The position numbers and the translations under genes are program-made. Source: Octopus sinensis (Eukaryota). From it: a stretch of 64,000 bases of DNA. This document shows positions 27,503 to 40,454 of this stretch, piece after piece. Below the pieces are notes generated by a model, which worked only from the letters and a program-made list of their open reading frames with translations, was not told the origin of the DNA and did not search any database. Location of the stretch: NCBI RefSeq assembly GCF_006345805.1, contig NC_043006.1, forward strand, positions 67,208,001-67,272,000, in the 5' to 3' direction. Each line of letters starts with the position of its first letter. Positions within the stretch are counted from its first letter, which is position 1.

Positions 27503-28704
27503 ATCTGCGGAAATTGGCAAATGTTGGAATCCGTGGAAAAGTTCTACACTGGATTAAGTATTTCCTGGCGAATAGAACACATGTTGTAGTTGATGGATTC
27601 CACTCAAGCCCAGCAAAAGTCACCAGCGGTGTCCCCTAGGGGACTGTCTTGGGTCCGCTACTCTTCATAATTTACATAAACGACCTTTCCAGTGTCGTAC
27701 ATTACTGCAAAGTGAAAATATTTGCTGATGACACTAAGCTCCAGCAAATCGTCAATGAAGAAGCAGACCGAACTCAACTCCAGTCTGATCTATATGCTGT
27801 GAGTCAATGGGCAGACAGAAACAAAATGCAACTAAACGAGTGAAAATTTGAGCTGATGCATTTTGGAAGAAATTCCTCACTAAAACAGCCATACTCTCTT
27901 CCTTCAGGGGAACCGCTCACATCCTCTAACAATATCAGAGACCTGGGTGTAATTGTTGCTGACGATCTCAGTTGGAGTGCACACATCAACAAGAAGGTTG
28001 ATATAGCTCGTAGGATGAGTTCCTGGATCTTAAGAACTTTCCGGTCCAGAGAACAAGGTGTCATCATACCACTTTTCTCCTCCTTTGTACGGCCACACCT
28101 CGAATACTGCTGTCCACTGTGGTCTCCCCATACAAGACAAAACATCTCGAGGATTGAATCACCCCAGAGGGCACTCACTAAACGAATTGAAGGCATGGCT
28201 GCTCTCGATTATTGGGATCGCCTTAAAGCCTTGAAACTCTACTCTCTCCAGCGTCGCCGTGAGTGGTACATCATTTGTACGATGTGGAGAATATACCGCC
28301 AACTTTGCCCAAACGACCTGAACATTAGCTTCAAGTTTCATCCAAGACTGGGACCACGGGCCATACGTCCCCTGCCCAATTCAAGATCACAGCATACATG
28401 TACACTGCAACATAATTTATTTTCCTCAATAGGCCCTGCCCTATTTAATATTGTCCCGAAAGAGATCAAAGAGGAAAAGGATCCCATCAACTTTAAACGG
28501 AGTCTGGATAGATTCCTTCAAGGAATACCAGATAAGCCACCCATAATTGGATACAACTCACCCAACAAAAACTCACTACTTGAATGGACCATAAACAAAA
28601 CTTGACTTAAACAGGATTCAAATAATCCTATCAGGTGGTGCTATTAAGTTAGACATGGCCTGGACCAATCTTTGGTCGAAACATATCTAAGTTTATCTAA
28701 GTTT
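27503..28704 (+). mobile_element. CR1/L2-type LINE 3' fragment (RT C-terminal half)
   Basis: GVP*GTVLGPLLFIIYINDL...IFADDTKL and ORF 27856-28605 (VRPHLEYCCPLWSP). The 3'UTR has the stem-loop gaccaa-tct-ttggtc and an (ATCTAAGTTT)2 tail. Confidence 0.9.
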
Positions 28705-29042
28705 ACCCATCCACCTGGGTGTATAATCCAGTAAATAGTTCGATCAATTAATCGAATGACTGGGTTAATTATCGTTAAAATCAGTTAATGATACATTTGC
28801 ATTAGATTTATACGCGAATAGACAATGTCTACCCGCACACATATTGAGATAATAACAACAAATGCAACGATAACAACAACAACAAGAGTGGCAATGATGA
28901 CGTCAATGATCACATGTCATTCAGTCACACTAATAAACAACAGTATTATCAGATCTCAAATCCTACAGAAACAACCAGGGAGGTTAATCTCCGTCTGTAA
29001 ACAACACCAGCGATAACTATGAAACCACGACCAACAACAACG

Positions 29043-29230
29043 GTGGAGACGCAATGGACCAGGGGTTAGGGCAGTGGATTCGCGGTCGTAAGAACGCGAT
29101 TTCGATTCCCAGACCGGGCATTGTGAGTGTTTATTGAGCAAAAACATCTAAGCTCCACGAGGATCCGACGGGGAGTAGTGGGTGAACCCCGATGTACTCT
29201 TTTCCCACAACTTTCTCTCACTCTTTCTTC
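29043..29230 (+). mobile_element. SINE family B head/body
   Basis: gtggagacgcaatggaccaggggttagggcagtgg...cgattcccagaccgggc. Confidence 0.8.
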
Positions 29231-29724
29231 CTACTTCTGACACTAAGCAGAGGAACCATGGTGTAACCCACTATGGTGTGGTAAACTTTCAGACCCTAGT
29301 TTAGATTGTGAATCCTTTGTACCCCAGGATGGTTCAGCTCTCCACCCGTTAAAAGCCACCGTTTACGGAATGAGGATAACAACGTAGCTTTCGCGCCCGT
29401 GCAACTGTCAGTCTATCGCGTGTGGTGGATGGACCTTCAAGTTACCACACGCATTCTTAGTAGCTTAGAGTAGGCTCGAATTAGAGATTATTCTTTGTGG
29501 CTAGTAGCGTGAGTCCTGATTGGAAGAAGAAGACAACAACAACGTCAATGACAACAACAACAAAAACAATAACAACAGTAGTGATAGCTGCAAGAAACGT
29601 AAGAGCTGCATAAATGATAATTCGGTATTTTATCAGGGGTTTTTTTAAGTGCTTGTTGTTGATTTTGTTGTTGTTTATTGTAACAAATGTCTATGCCTTT
29701 ACGCAGGGAACACATTTGGTTAAA

Positions 29725-30045
29725 TAAATGGTTCCTAACCGGGGAGTCCTGTAGACCCCTTGCGGATCCCCGCAACTTGTACACGATGCCAGTGAGCTGT
29801 GTTCGAAGTTTATGAAAAAAAGAAAACAAAACGCAATGCCAAATATATAATTACTCAGCTGCATACAATTAATTATTCAATCAGCTTCTTTTTTCTAATT
29901 GATTGATGAAACTGAGAAAACGAGTTTGTTGTTAATTGATATAATCGGTTTACTGAGTAGGGATACCATTCAAAAACCTGGGGAGCCGTAGGTGATTCCA
30001 TTGGATTACTAGGGGTCTGCGGTTGGAAATATTGAGAATGACTAG
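29725..30045. mobile_element. Possible hAT/Charlie-like MITE
   Basis: Ends tggttcctaaccggggagtcc / ggggtctgcggttggaaatattgagaatgact resemble Charlie-type termini. Confidence 0.4.
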
Positions 30046-30053
30046 TCTAAACT

Positions 30054-30266
30054 GGTTTCAAATTTTGGCACAGGGCCAGCGGTTTTTAGGGGTGGGGTAA
30101 GTCGATTACATCGACCTCAGTATTCAACTGGTACTTATTTTATCAAACCCCGAGCGGATGAAAGACAAAGTCGACCTCGGCAGCATTTAAACTCAAAAGG
30201 TAAAGTCCTGACGAAATGTCACTACGCATTTTGTCCGACGCGATAATGAATCTGTCAGATCACCGC
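30054..30266 (-). mobile_element. SINE family A
   Basis: Reverse complement of head to ...gccaaaatttgaaacc. Confidence 0.8.
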
Positions 30267-30674
30267 TTTGTGACGTGATTAAATTGACCGCAGGTTATTA
30301 CTGGTGTATTATTTGATAGATCACGTTTAATTCATGGACGGTAAAGGGGAAAGTGGTGTGATTTGAACAAAGAACAAGGACAGCAACAGCAACACCTCTA
30401 TCATCCTCATCATCATCATCATCAACCGCTGGATGTAACCGTTTCGAGTCCTATGACTCATAACCACCGTTACCTGGTTTCCGTGATGTATAAGCGATCG
30501 AGATCGCGATGTCCAGCCTGGACGGGACGCCAGAAAGTCTGCGCGTGTGGGTATTTCTTCCTTCGCAACTGCATGGACTGGAGTAACATGAAATTAAGTG
30601 TTTTGCACAACAGCAACAACAATAAATAATAAAGCAACAGCCACAACAAAAATAGCAGCAGTAACAGCTGTTGC

Positions 30675-30973
30675 TTGTTTCTTCTCGAGCCATTCCTGGC
30701 TCATCAGGCCGGTTTCCCGGTTTCCTTAGCGTATAGCTTCTCCACCTGGACGGAACGCCAATCCGTCACAGGTGAGCTGCAAGATGCAGGAGGAAAGAGT
30801 GAGAGAAAGTTGTGGCGAAAGAGTCAGTAGAATTTCGCCATTACCTTCTGCCGGAGCCGCGTGGAGCTTCGGTGTTTCGCTCATAAATACACACATCACC
30901 CCGTCCTCGACTCGAACCCGCGATCCCTCGACCGCGAGTCCGCTGCTCTAACCACTAGGCCATGTGCCTCCAC
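30675..30973 (-). mobile_element. SINE family B with alternative 3' tail
   Basis: Head gtggaggcacatggcctagtggttagagcagcgg; tail ...ctgatgagccaggaatggctcgagaag. Confidence 0.8.
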
Positions 30974-31029
30974 GCAGTAACAGTAGCAAGAACAAAAACA
31001 AGAAGACCACCAACACACCAGAATATTCT

Positions 31030-32160
31030 CTAGGCACAAGGCACGGAATTTTGCGGGAGAGGGACAGTCGATTATGCACCTGGTACTAATTTACCCACCC
31101 CGAAAAATGAAAGGCAAAGTCAGCCTCGGCGGAATTTGAACTCAGAACGTAAAGACAGACGAAATTCCACTCAGCATTTCTCTCGGCGTGCTAATGATTC
31201 TTATTTCTTTATTGCCTACAAGGGGCTAAACATAGAGAGGACAAACAAGGACAGGTAAAGGGATTAAGTCGATTACATCGACCCCAGTGCGTAACTGGTA
31301 CTAATTTAGCGACCCCCGAAAGGATGAAAGGCAAAGTCGACCTCGGCGGAATTTGAAATCAGAACGTAACGGCAGACGACATACCGCTAAGCACTTCGCC
31401 CGTCGTGCTAACGATTCTGCCAGGTCGCTGCCTTGAAAAACACCAGAATATTGTAAAGCGATAAACTATGTGCCACAGAAAGTGTCAGATTCGATAGACT
31501 TGATTCAAAAGTACTTTTGGCCGTGCCTCACTTTGGCCAATGTCCAATAGCTGAATACAATGATTTGTTTGTTTTTCACTCCTAGCGTTTATCCAGCTTC
31601 TTTTTAAGTGCAGATTCTGCTACATTTTGATATTGATATCTCAGAGATGTTCTTGCAATCGATGTTCTGCACTAGACGGAATTTGAATTCAGAAAGTAAC
31701 GGCAGACAAAATACCGGTAAGCATTTCGCCCGGCATACTAACGTTTCTTATTTCTTTACTGCTCAGAAGGGGCTAAACACAGAGGGGACAGACAAGGACA
31801 GACAAACAGATTAAGTCGATTATATCGACCCCAGTGTATAACTGGTACTTTATTTAATCGACCCAGAAAGGATGAAAGGCAAAGTCGACCCCGGCGGAAT
31901 TTGAACTCAGAACGTAACGGCAGACGAAATACCTATTTCTTTTCTACCCACAAGGGGCTAAACACAGAGAGGACAAACAAGGACAGACAAACGGACTAAG
32001 TCGATTATATCGACCCCAGTGCGTAACTTGTACTTCTTTAATCGACCCCGAAAGGATGAAAGGCATAGTCGACCTCGGCGGAATGTTAACTCAGGGCGTA
32101 ACGACAGACGAAATACTGCTACGCATTTCGCCCGGCGTGCTAACGTTTCTGCCAGCTCGC
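31030..32160 (-). mobile_element. Cluster of five SINE family A copies, three with a Tx1-like tail, in head-to-tail arrays
   Basis: Copies at ~31030-31201, 31202-31432, 31671-31748, 31749-31933 and 31934-32160. Junctions at 31201|2, 31748|9 and 31933|4. Confidence 0.85.
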
Positions 32161-32439
32161 CAGAGACGCATCACAGTTAGCAAGTTGTTACTTACAACGA
32201 AGAATATGATGATAGGAGGTTAATATTTGAACACATGATGTAAAGAACAGAACAGATAATGCACGACATCACTGTCGACGCTCTAAGAATCGCATTAGTC
32301 AACCACACCAAAACTGGTTCTTTATTTATCGGCTCCGAAAGTATAGAACGAAGAGATTTCAACTGCAGAATTAAACAGCTCGAATACGTACAACAATCTA
32401 TCTAACACTCTATCGGCTTCGAAATTAATAAAAGAATGT

Positions 32440-32824
32440 GGAAGCACTCCGTCGGTTACGACGATGAGGGTTCCGGTTGATCCGAATCAACGGAACAGCC
32501 TGCTCGTGAAATTAACGTGTAAGTGGCTGAGCACTCCACAGACACGTGCACCCTTAACGTAGTTCTCGGGGATATTCAGCGTGACACAGAGAGTGACAAG
32601 GCCGGTCCCTTGAAATACAGGTACAACAGAAACAGGAAGTAAGAGTGAGAGAAAGTTGTGGTGAAAGAGTACAGCAGGGATCACCACCATCCCCTGCCGG
32701 AGCCTCGTGAAGCTTTTTAGGTGTTTTCGCTCAATAAACACTCACAACGCCCGGTCTGGGAATCGAAACCGCGATCCTGTGACCGCGTGTCCGCTGCCCT
32801 AACCACTGGGCCATTGCGCCTCCA
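32440..32824 (-). mobile_element. SINE family B, full length
   Basis: ggaggcgcaatggcccagtggttagggcagcgg...gacggagtgcttccac; near-identical to 56775-57170. Confidence 0.9.
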
Positions 32825-33353
32825 TAATAAAAGAATATAAACTCAATTCATAAACAGGAATTACTCTAGTCCGGAAAATTCCCAGTAGGAAATTTCGCCA
32901 TATAAGAAAACTAGCCAAAAGACAAATTCTTCCTATGCACAACGATAAAGCGATGTATACCGGTATTTCTTTAAACACAAAAGAATGATAAATAGTTTTT
33001 TAATGCGTTAAATGAGCAAGTATTTATTCAACGCCAAACATTAAAAATACATGATGAAATCTCTTATGGCGAATTTTCTGTCAGCAAAAAATGTTTACGG
33101 TAAAATTCATTACAACGGAAATGAACTTCAACCTATGTTTCTGGCCGTCATGAAATGCAGAGTTATTCACACCATCTTTTATATAATTTATTATTAAATA
33201 TTTTGAAAATGAATAAATATGATTGTTGGTTAATGAACCAATGGATACATTGGTCAAATCATTCATTTCGGGTGTTCGTAAACCTTTATTATTATTATTG
33301 TTGGTGTTGTTGTTGATGTTGTTTTTGCTGTTGCTGTTGTTGTTGTTGTTGTT

Positions 33354-33412
<59 letters not shown>

Positions 33413-33435
33413 TATCATTATTATTATTACTCTTA

Positions 33436-33592
33436 CCAAGGTGGCAGAATTGTTAGCACGTCGGACAAAATGCTTAGTGGCATTTCGATCGTCTTCATGT
33501 TTTGAGCTCAATTCCCGCCGAGGTCAACTTTGCCTTTCATCCTTTTGGATCCCCTACCCGAAATTACTGGCCTTGTGCCAAAATTTGAAACC
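33436..33592 (+). mobile_element. SINE family A (internal deletion)
   Basis: Head, shortened body and gaaacc(ATT)n tail. Confidence 0.75.
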
Positions 33593-35819
33593 ATTATTAT
33601 TATTATTATTATTATTAACCAAGTTCCGTGAGCTCAGGTGTCTGTCTATATCGCTAAAAATAATAAATGGGAATTTCCGCCACGTTGGTATAAAGGCGGT
33701 GAGCTGATAGAATTTTTAACAGGTCAGGCAGAATTTCTTCTGAAAATTCCGCTGAGGTCAGATTAAAAAGTTTGCAAGCTTCGTAAAGGCGTATGCCGAA
33801 CTTATGTCTCTAAGAAGGGGTCCCGCAACGAGCTAATTATTTGAATTTGCGAATTTTCTTTCAGTTTACATTGTATTTTTCAAGATTAGCCTTGTTTGTA
33901 TGTCCATGGAAAGTAATTATAAAGCGTCCCCTTCATTACCGGTCTAGCTGGGCTGTGGGCGCCATTAGAAGGGTCAGATCAGGTTTTTTCATCTAGTTTT
34001 CATCAGGATCCACCCTTTTGTTACCCAGTTTATCCCTTCACTTAGTCCCTGGGCATCTTTACCAAGATCTACTCAGTTAGCCCCGAATAAATTGCCTCAC
34101 ATGATTCTAGAGCGCTTTTAGCAGGGCCCATTCTGTTGCAAGCTTTCCTTTACGTATACAGGATATCAAGGCTTTCTATTCCTCTAGCAAATCTTGGAAT
34201 CCCTTCAAAAGCAGGGCTTTGTCCTCTCTCCTCTCACCAGGCCGTGTTGCTGATGTTATTGTTGTTAGTGTTGTTACTAGTGTTCTTCTTACCGGTATAG
34301 TTGTTACGGTTGATGTTTTCGCTGTTTAGTTGCCGGATCGAAAACAGCTACGTACAATGCCTAACAGCTCTGACTGCCCTTCCTTTTATTTTTCATATTT
34401 CAGGTATGAATCCAGAGCGCCCTACGAGCTTTTTATTAAAAAAACCGTATGATTTAAAGAAGATTTGATTGCCATTTCAACATTCCGTACGACCAAGTAG
34501 AGACTGTATCGTGGGCCAGAAAGTAGCTTAGCATTTGCCATGTAATATACTGCAGTCGATCTGGTGCAGTGTAACATAAAGTGGCGCAGTGCAGTCAGTG
34601 CATAGTATAGCAATGGGCAAGATGGCGTCCTCAGTATTTCGCTCGTAAGTGAAAAAAACGGATGAGCGGCGAGAGAATTGGTTACTACTGGCACACAATT
34701 ACTACTTCACAAATGTATGAACGTTTATAATAACATTAAAAAGATGCAGTATGGTGTAGGAGTCGATGGTGCTGCTTCAATTAACTCTTTTATCATCATA
34801 TTTCTAATGAAATAAACTGCCTGTGTTTCGATTAATTTTGAAAATAATTAACAATTTTGTCGGATATAGCAAAAAACAAGAAACAATTTTCAATTATTAA
34901 TTGGCATATTAGGTTAGAGTTTGGGATACAACTTAACTAAAGGTTCTTACATAAAATTATAATGGAAAGTTGTAATTTAAATATGAACAATATAAAAGAG
35001 AAGCGCTCTGCGGTGGGTTGGTATGAAAAGCGTTAAAGATTTCGGAAAATGTTTACACAAAAATTATTTCGGTTAGAGGAAGACGGGGGCGGTCAGGGTA
35101 TGGGGAATGGTTATGGTTATTTAGTAGTGGTACCCTTTAGTATTGGTGAGGTTTTTTGCGTAACTAAATATGTTAGGAAAACGAAAGGCCAGACATGTGA
35201 TATAGCAAATATCTAAAGAATACAGTCGACTGTGTATCATAATGTAATATACATCAAACTTTTGTATGTACCTATGATGTGTGTGTGTGTTCGTGTGTAT
35301 TTAACTATCTATATCTCTCTACAGATGTATGTATATATATATATATATGTGTGTGTATGTATATGCATATATATATATGTGTGTGTATGTGTGTATATGT
35401 ATGTGTATAGATATAAATACACACACACACATATATATATACATATACACAACGTGTGTATAATATAAGGACCTTTTTTTAATGATGTTACTTATACCTA
35501 TTGAAATAACATATAAAGATACATAAATATATACGCTTGTGTATGCGTACATGTATATGCATATACGTGCGTTTATACACAAACACACACATCACACACA
35601 TATATACATATGTATGTATGTATACACACATATATGTTGGCATATATGAATATATGTATATGCATATATACATATAACTGTTATATACGCATATAGGGGT
35701 GTGCATATATATCCGTATATACATATGCATATATATATGTATATATATATAAAGCTTTAATGCCCTCTATTCAGTTTTTGTCCCATTTTTATATTCCTAT
35801 ATATATAATATATATAATA

Positions 35820-35851
<32 letters not shown>

Positions 35852-36436
35852 GTATATACATGGAAATACATATGTACACGTGTATGTGTATCAAGTGTAT
35901 ACATATATATATATACATATATATATGTGTGTATATGTATATATATGTATTTATCTACATAAATATCTTTATATGTGCTTGTGTAAGCGTATGCATCTGT
36001 CTATATGCGTGGATGTGTATTATAATATAAAACTTGTAAACTGCTATAGGAAAAAGAACAGTAATTACGTTTTTCATTGATTTCATATTAATTTTATAGG
36101 TAGTTAATAAGTGATCGATATATATATATATATATATATAGATATATATATATATAACATACTTATATACATATATCATATAACTGCATACATATATATA
36201 TACATATATACTACATACATATATGTATATATATACTATATATACATATATGTATATGTATATATATATGTATATATATATATATAATACATATGTATAT
36301 GTATATATATATTATATAATAATATATATATATATTCACACACACACACATATTATATATTCACATACACATATATATATATATGATATGCGTACATGCG
36401 GTTATATACCATTTTTTGTTCGACTATATATTGTTT

Positions 36437-36536
36437 NNNNNNNNNNNNNNNNNNNNNNNNNNNNNNNNNNNNNNNNNNNNNNNNNNNNNNNNNNNNNNNN
36501 NNNNNNNNNNNNNNNNNNNNNNNNNNNNNNNNNNNN
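36437..36536. other. Assembly gap (100 N)
   Basis: Run of n. Confidence 1.
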
Positions 36537-36544
36537 AAGTGCCA

Positions 36545-37260
36545 TGTGGGTCAGTGTGTATGAGCTTATGTAAAAGATGAGCTGCTCATGTGTGTGTATA
36601 TGTGTATGAGGCTAGTCGCTCATATGTATGTGTGTATGATGGCAATTGCTCAAGTATATATATACATATGTGTGTAGCAATGACTGATCATATGTATGTT
36701 GTATGACAGTAATTGCTCATGTATATGTATGTGTGTATGGCGACAACTGCTCATATGTATATCTGTATGGCAACAATTGCTCATATGTATGGCAACAACT
36801 GCTTATATGTATGTTTGTATGACAAAAATTGCTCATGTATATGTATGTGTGTACGGCGACAACTGCTTATATGTATGTTTGTATGACAACAATTGCTCAT
36901 GTATATGTATGTGTGTATGGCGACAACTGATCATATGTATGTTGTATGACAGTAATTACTCATGTATATGTATGTGTGTATGGCAACAGCTGTCCATATG
37001 TATGTTTGTATGACTGTAATTGCTCATATATATATATGTGTGTGTGTATAGCAACGACAGCTCATATGCACGTTGTATAACAACAATTGCTCATGTATAT
37101 GTATGTGTGTACGTTGACAGCTGCTCATTTATATGTTTGTATGACAGTAATTGCTCAAGTATATGTATGTGTGCATGGCAACAGCTGCCCATATGTATGT
37201 TTGTACGACAACAATTGCTCATGTATATTTATGTATGTATGTCGACAGCTGCTCGTAAGT
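36545..37260. repeat. Minisatellite of alternating ~30- and ~34-bp units
   Basis: gtatgtgtgtatggcgacaactgctcatat alternating with gtatgtttgtatgacaacaattgctcatgtatat. Confidence 0.85.
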
Positions 37261-37489
37261 ATGTGTGTAAGACGGAAATTGTGAATATGTATGATGTGGG
37301 TATATATACATCATATATCGTTTACATAGTGTGGGTATATATGATGACAGTTATTTATGTGTATGTATGTATAAGAACATTTGTTCGACATTCGTATGTG
37401 TGTATAATGGCACATACTAATGTGCATGTATGTGTGTATGACGAATATTCCTCATATGTATATATAATGACAGTCATTATCCTTTGGTT

Positions 37490-38415
37490 TTCTTGGCTTT
37501 GATGTACATTCTGCTCTTATGTGTCCTCTTCCTTCCACCCTGACAGTCATAATTGTTTCTTCCATAATTATTGTTTCCGTAATCTTTTCCATCGTTCCTT
37601 TTAAATCCTGGACTATCATCTCTAGTGATTGACCTCTCCAGTTGACGCACTATTTTTTCTTGGCCTGGAGCACAACTATGTTGTCCTCATTACCCAAGAG
37701 GACCGTATTTGCCAACCAGGTCACATCCCTTGTTGCACTCATATCATTATACGCGGGCAACAGCACCACTTCTTCGCTCCAAATTGTTGTCGCTGCATGT
37801 TTCATTGCTGCTGCTTCATTACGAAACCTGACTTCTACTGTTCCAAACGTTGAACCTTTTGTCAGGTATATTATGTCGTCCCAAATCTGCCTTAACGCCT
37901 TTTCTACTAGTTCTGTCGTGACAACATCTATTTTACTTTTATTTATCGAAAAGGTTCGATAGTTTAACGTTTTTTGCTTTATTCCGTTTATAACCTTTGC
38001 GGGGTGACAGTTTCACTTCGAACCCATCTCGGTTCATTTCTTCTTTGTGTCTTCCGAATTCCCTAACATTTACTTCTGTATCCTTGCACCTTGCTGCATC
38101 AGTAAAATTCCTCTTCTCTTTTCTCAGTTTCTGGACCATTGTCTTAACAGCCTCCAGCAACTCCTCCTCGGACGATGATATGTTTGAGAAACTATAACTA
38201 TCTTCAGACATTCTATAACCGGCTATCCCTTCTCTTGCGAGAAGAGAAAGCACAAACAAATACAAGCAAACACTCAAACCGCTGCAAAGCAGCACAAAAA
38301 ATTATTCAAAAACCACCGACACAAAATCATAACTGGCACGCACTGATTCGACGTTGGGATCGATCGGTATCGGACACGGATTCTTGATTATTTCTCCTGT
38401 TACTTTTACTTAATC
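37490..38415 (-). mobile_element. Tx1/L1-like LINE 5' region (UTR + decayed ORF1)
   Basis: Minus strand: VVTTELVEKALRQIWDDIIYLTKGSTFGTVEVRFRNEAAA...GRGHIRAEC, an RRM-like segment plus a broken gag-type knuckle. The N-terminus lies in ORF 37939-38295. Confidence 0.55.
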
Positions 38416-38599
38416 TTTGAGAGCGGTCGGGTTCAGTTTTATTATTCTCGTTTGTGAGAGCAGTCGAGTTTATTTCAGATATTCTCATTTTAAAAATCAT
38501 CTTTGGCTAATCGTTGAGAGGACGCTGATGTTGCCTTGTTTTATAAGCTTTCCGAGAATGGCATCCCATAAGAGTGAAGGCGCGTGGACTATGTGCAGG

Positions 38600-38975
38600 A
38601 GTGACTATGTGTTAAGTAACTTGCTTAACAAACACATGGTTCCGGGCTTAGTCCCACTGCATGGCACCTTGGGCAAATGTCTTCTACTATAACCTCGGGC
38701 GGACCAGAGCCTTGTGAGTGGATTTTGTAGACGGAAACCTGAAAGAAGCTTGTCGTATATATATGTGTGTGTATGTGTGTGTATGTGTGTGTGTGTGTTT
38801 CTGTGTCTGTGTTTAGCAACCGATGGTGATGTACTTACGTCTGGTAACTTAGCGGTTCGGCAAAAGACACCGATAGAATAAGTACTAGGCTTACAACGAA
38901 TAAGTCCTGGTTTCGATTTGCTCGACTAAAGGTGGTGCATAGCCGCAGTCAAATGACTGCAACAAGTAAAAAAAA
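38600..38975 (+). mobile_element. CORE-type SINE family C
   Basis: catggttccgggcttagtcccactgcatggcaccttgggcaaatgtc...aaatgactgcaacaag. Confidence 0.85.
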
Positions 38976-39373
38976 GAATAAAAAAGAACATATATATATA
39001 AGGTACGGCAACATTTAGTTGTTCTCGTATCTTATAGGAAAGAATCTTGACCCCGTAGTCGACTTCCTCAAGTCGATGATTCCTTACTACAGAAAGTAGC
39101 AGTTTGATCAAATCTAATGACAATTCCATAAGTTTATATAATATTTATATACGCTGCAGTTTATGAAATGTCAATAGATGAAATTATGAAATAATATTTC
39201 ATCATTCATATACCAAAATACGTAATATAAATTAATGAACTCTGTCACTTGCAAATATGTTACTCATAATATGATTTTATCTTGATAGCAAAACATTTAG
39301 AAATGATACCGAATTTCATGTTTGTGTTCAGACACTTTATCATGACTATATACGTGAGCGTACAAATGTCTGC

Positions 39374-39437
<64 letters not shown>

Positions 39438-39497
39438 TATATATATTATATATATATATATATGTATGTATGTATGTGTGTATATATATATTCATAT

Positions 39498-39889
39498 AAA
39501 CAGCTAGGCGCAATATAATACTGTAAAAGAAAAATTTTATTGTCATTAATTGTGACACAGATGGGTGAAGCACTGCTGTTCCAAGAAATAAGAGTTTTAA
39601 AACTCTTAATGCTGTAAGAAGCGCGCAATAGTGCGTCACAATTAGTATCGATAAAATTCTGATTTTATGATATTACATTGCGCCTAGCTGTTTGTGTTAA
39701 TTAATAATATGCCTATCAGCATTTCGATAAATCAGCCATAAAGTTTTATCGTTAAGAAATATTTAGTGACGGCTGAATTTAGCTAAAACATCGAGCTTTT
39801 GAGTAGCCACTCCTGACGATTGCTTGGCGAAAGTAGTCTAGTGATCTTAGAGAGCTCATGGAGCTGTTATCTCCCTTGTCAATGTATAT

Positions 39890-39946
<57 letters not shown>

Positions 39947-40020
39947 CGCACCTCTTACAGCATTAAGAGTTTTTAACTTTTATTTCTTATTATATAGGCG
40001 TTTCGGCACCCTCAGTCACA
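39498..40020. mobile_element. Penelope-like terminal repeat fragments in inverted arrangement
   Basis: Inverted pairs 39498-39514/39677-39693 and 39599-39630/39942-39973, and a hammerhead-like remnant CTGACGA...GAAA near 39810-39835. Confidence 0.5.
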
Positions 40021-40161
40021 ATTATATATATATACATATATATATACATACATACATACGCACATACATGCATACATACATATGTACATACATACATACA
40101 TGCATGCATACATACATACATATGTGTGTGTATGTATGATATATATATATAATATATGTAT

Positions 40162-40214
<53 letters not shown>

Positions 40215-40454
40215 TGTATCATATATATGTGTGTATTTATTTTGTGTTTGTATGCATCTGTGTATTTTAATTGTATGCAAGGAAGACAACCAATCGTTTC
40301 ATGTGAGTTGCTCATCACAGTTGTTCATAAACATAACACATATAAGTTGCCTTGTTAACCTACAAATAAACATTATTTATCCACTACCGCCTTCTTGAGC
40401 ACTGATTGCCACAGTTGGATATTAGCCTATATATATATATTCACTTGTTCTTCC

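Noticed and set aside
30680-30725. CTGATGA-containing SINE tail as a hammerhead
   Set aside because: GAAA does not follow the stem and there is no cleavage-site helix. It is more likely a LINE-derived tail hairpin.
32740-32824. tRNA genes in SINE heads
   Set aside because: A/B boxes are present, but the heads run directly into SINE bodies and lack a complete cloverleaf acceptor stem.
33950-34200. RNase H remnant of a LINE (minus strand, ...PGTK*RDKLGNKRVD)
   Set aside because: There is only a vague resemblance to the WVPGH..GNE.AD motif, too decayed to support.
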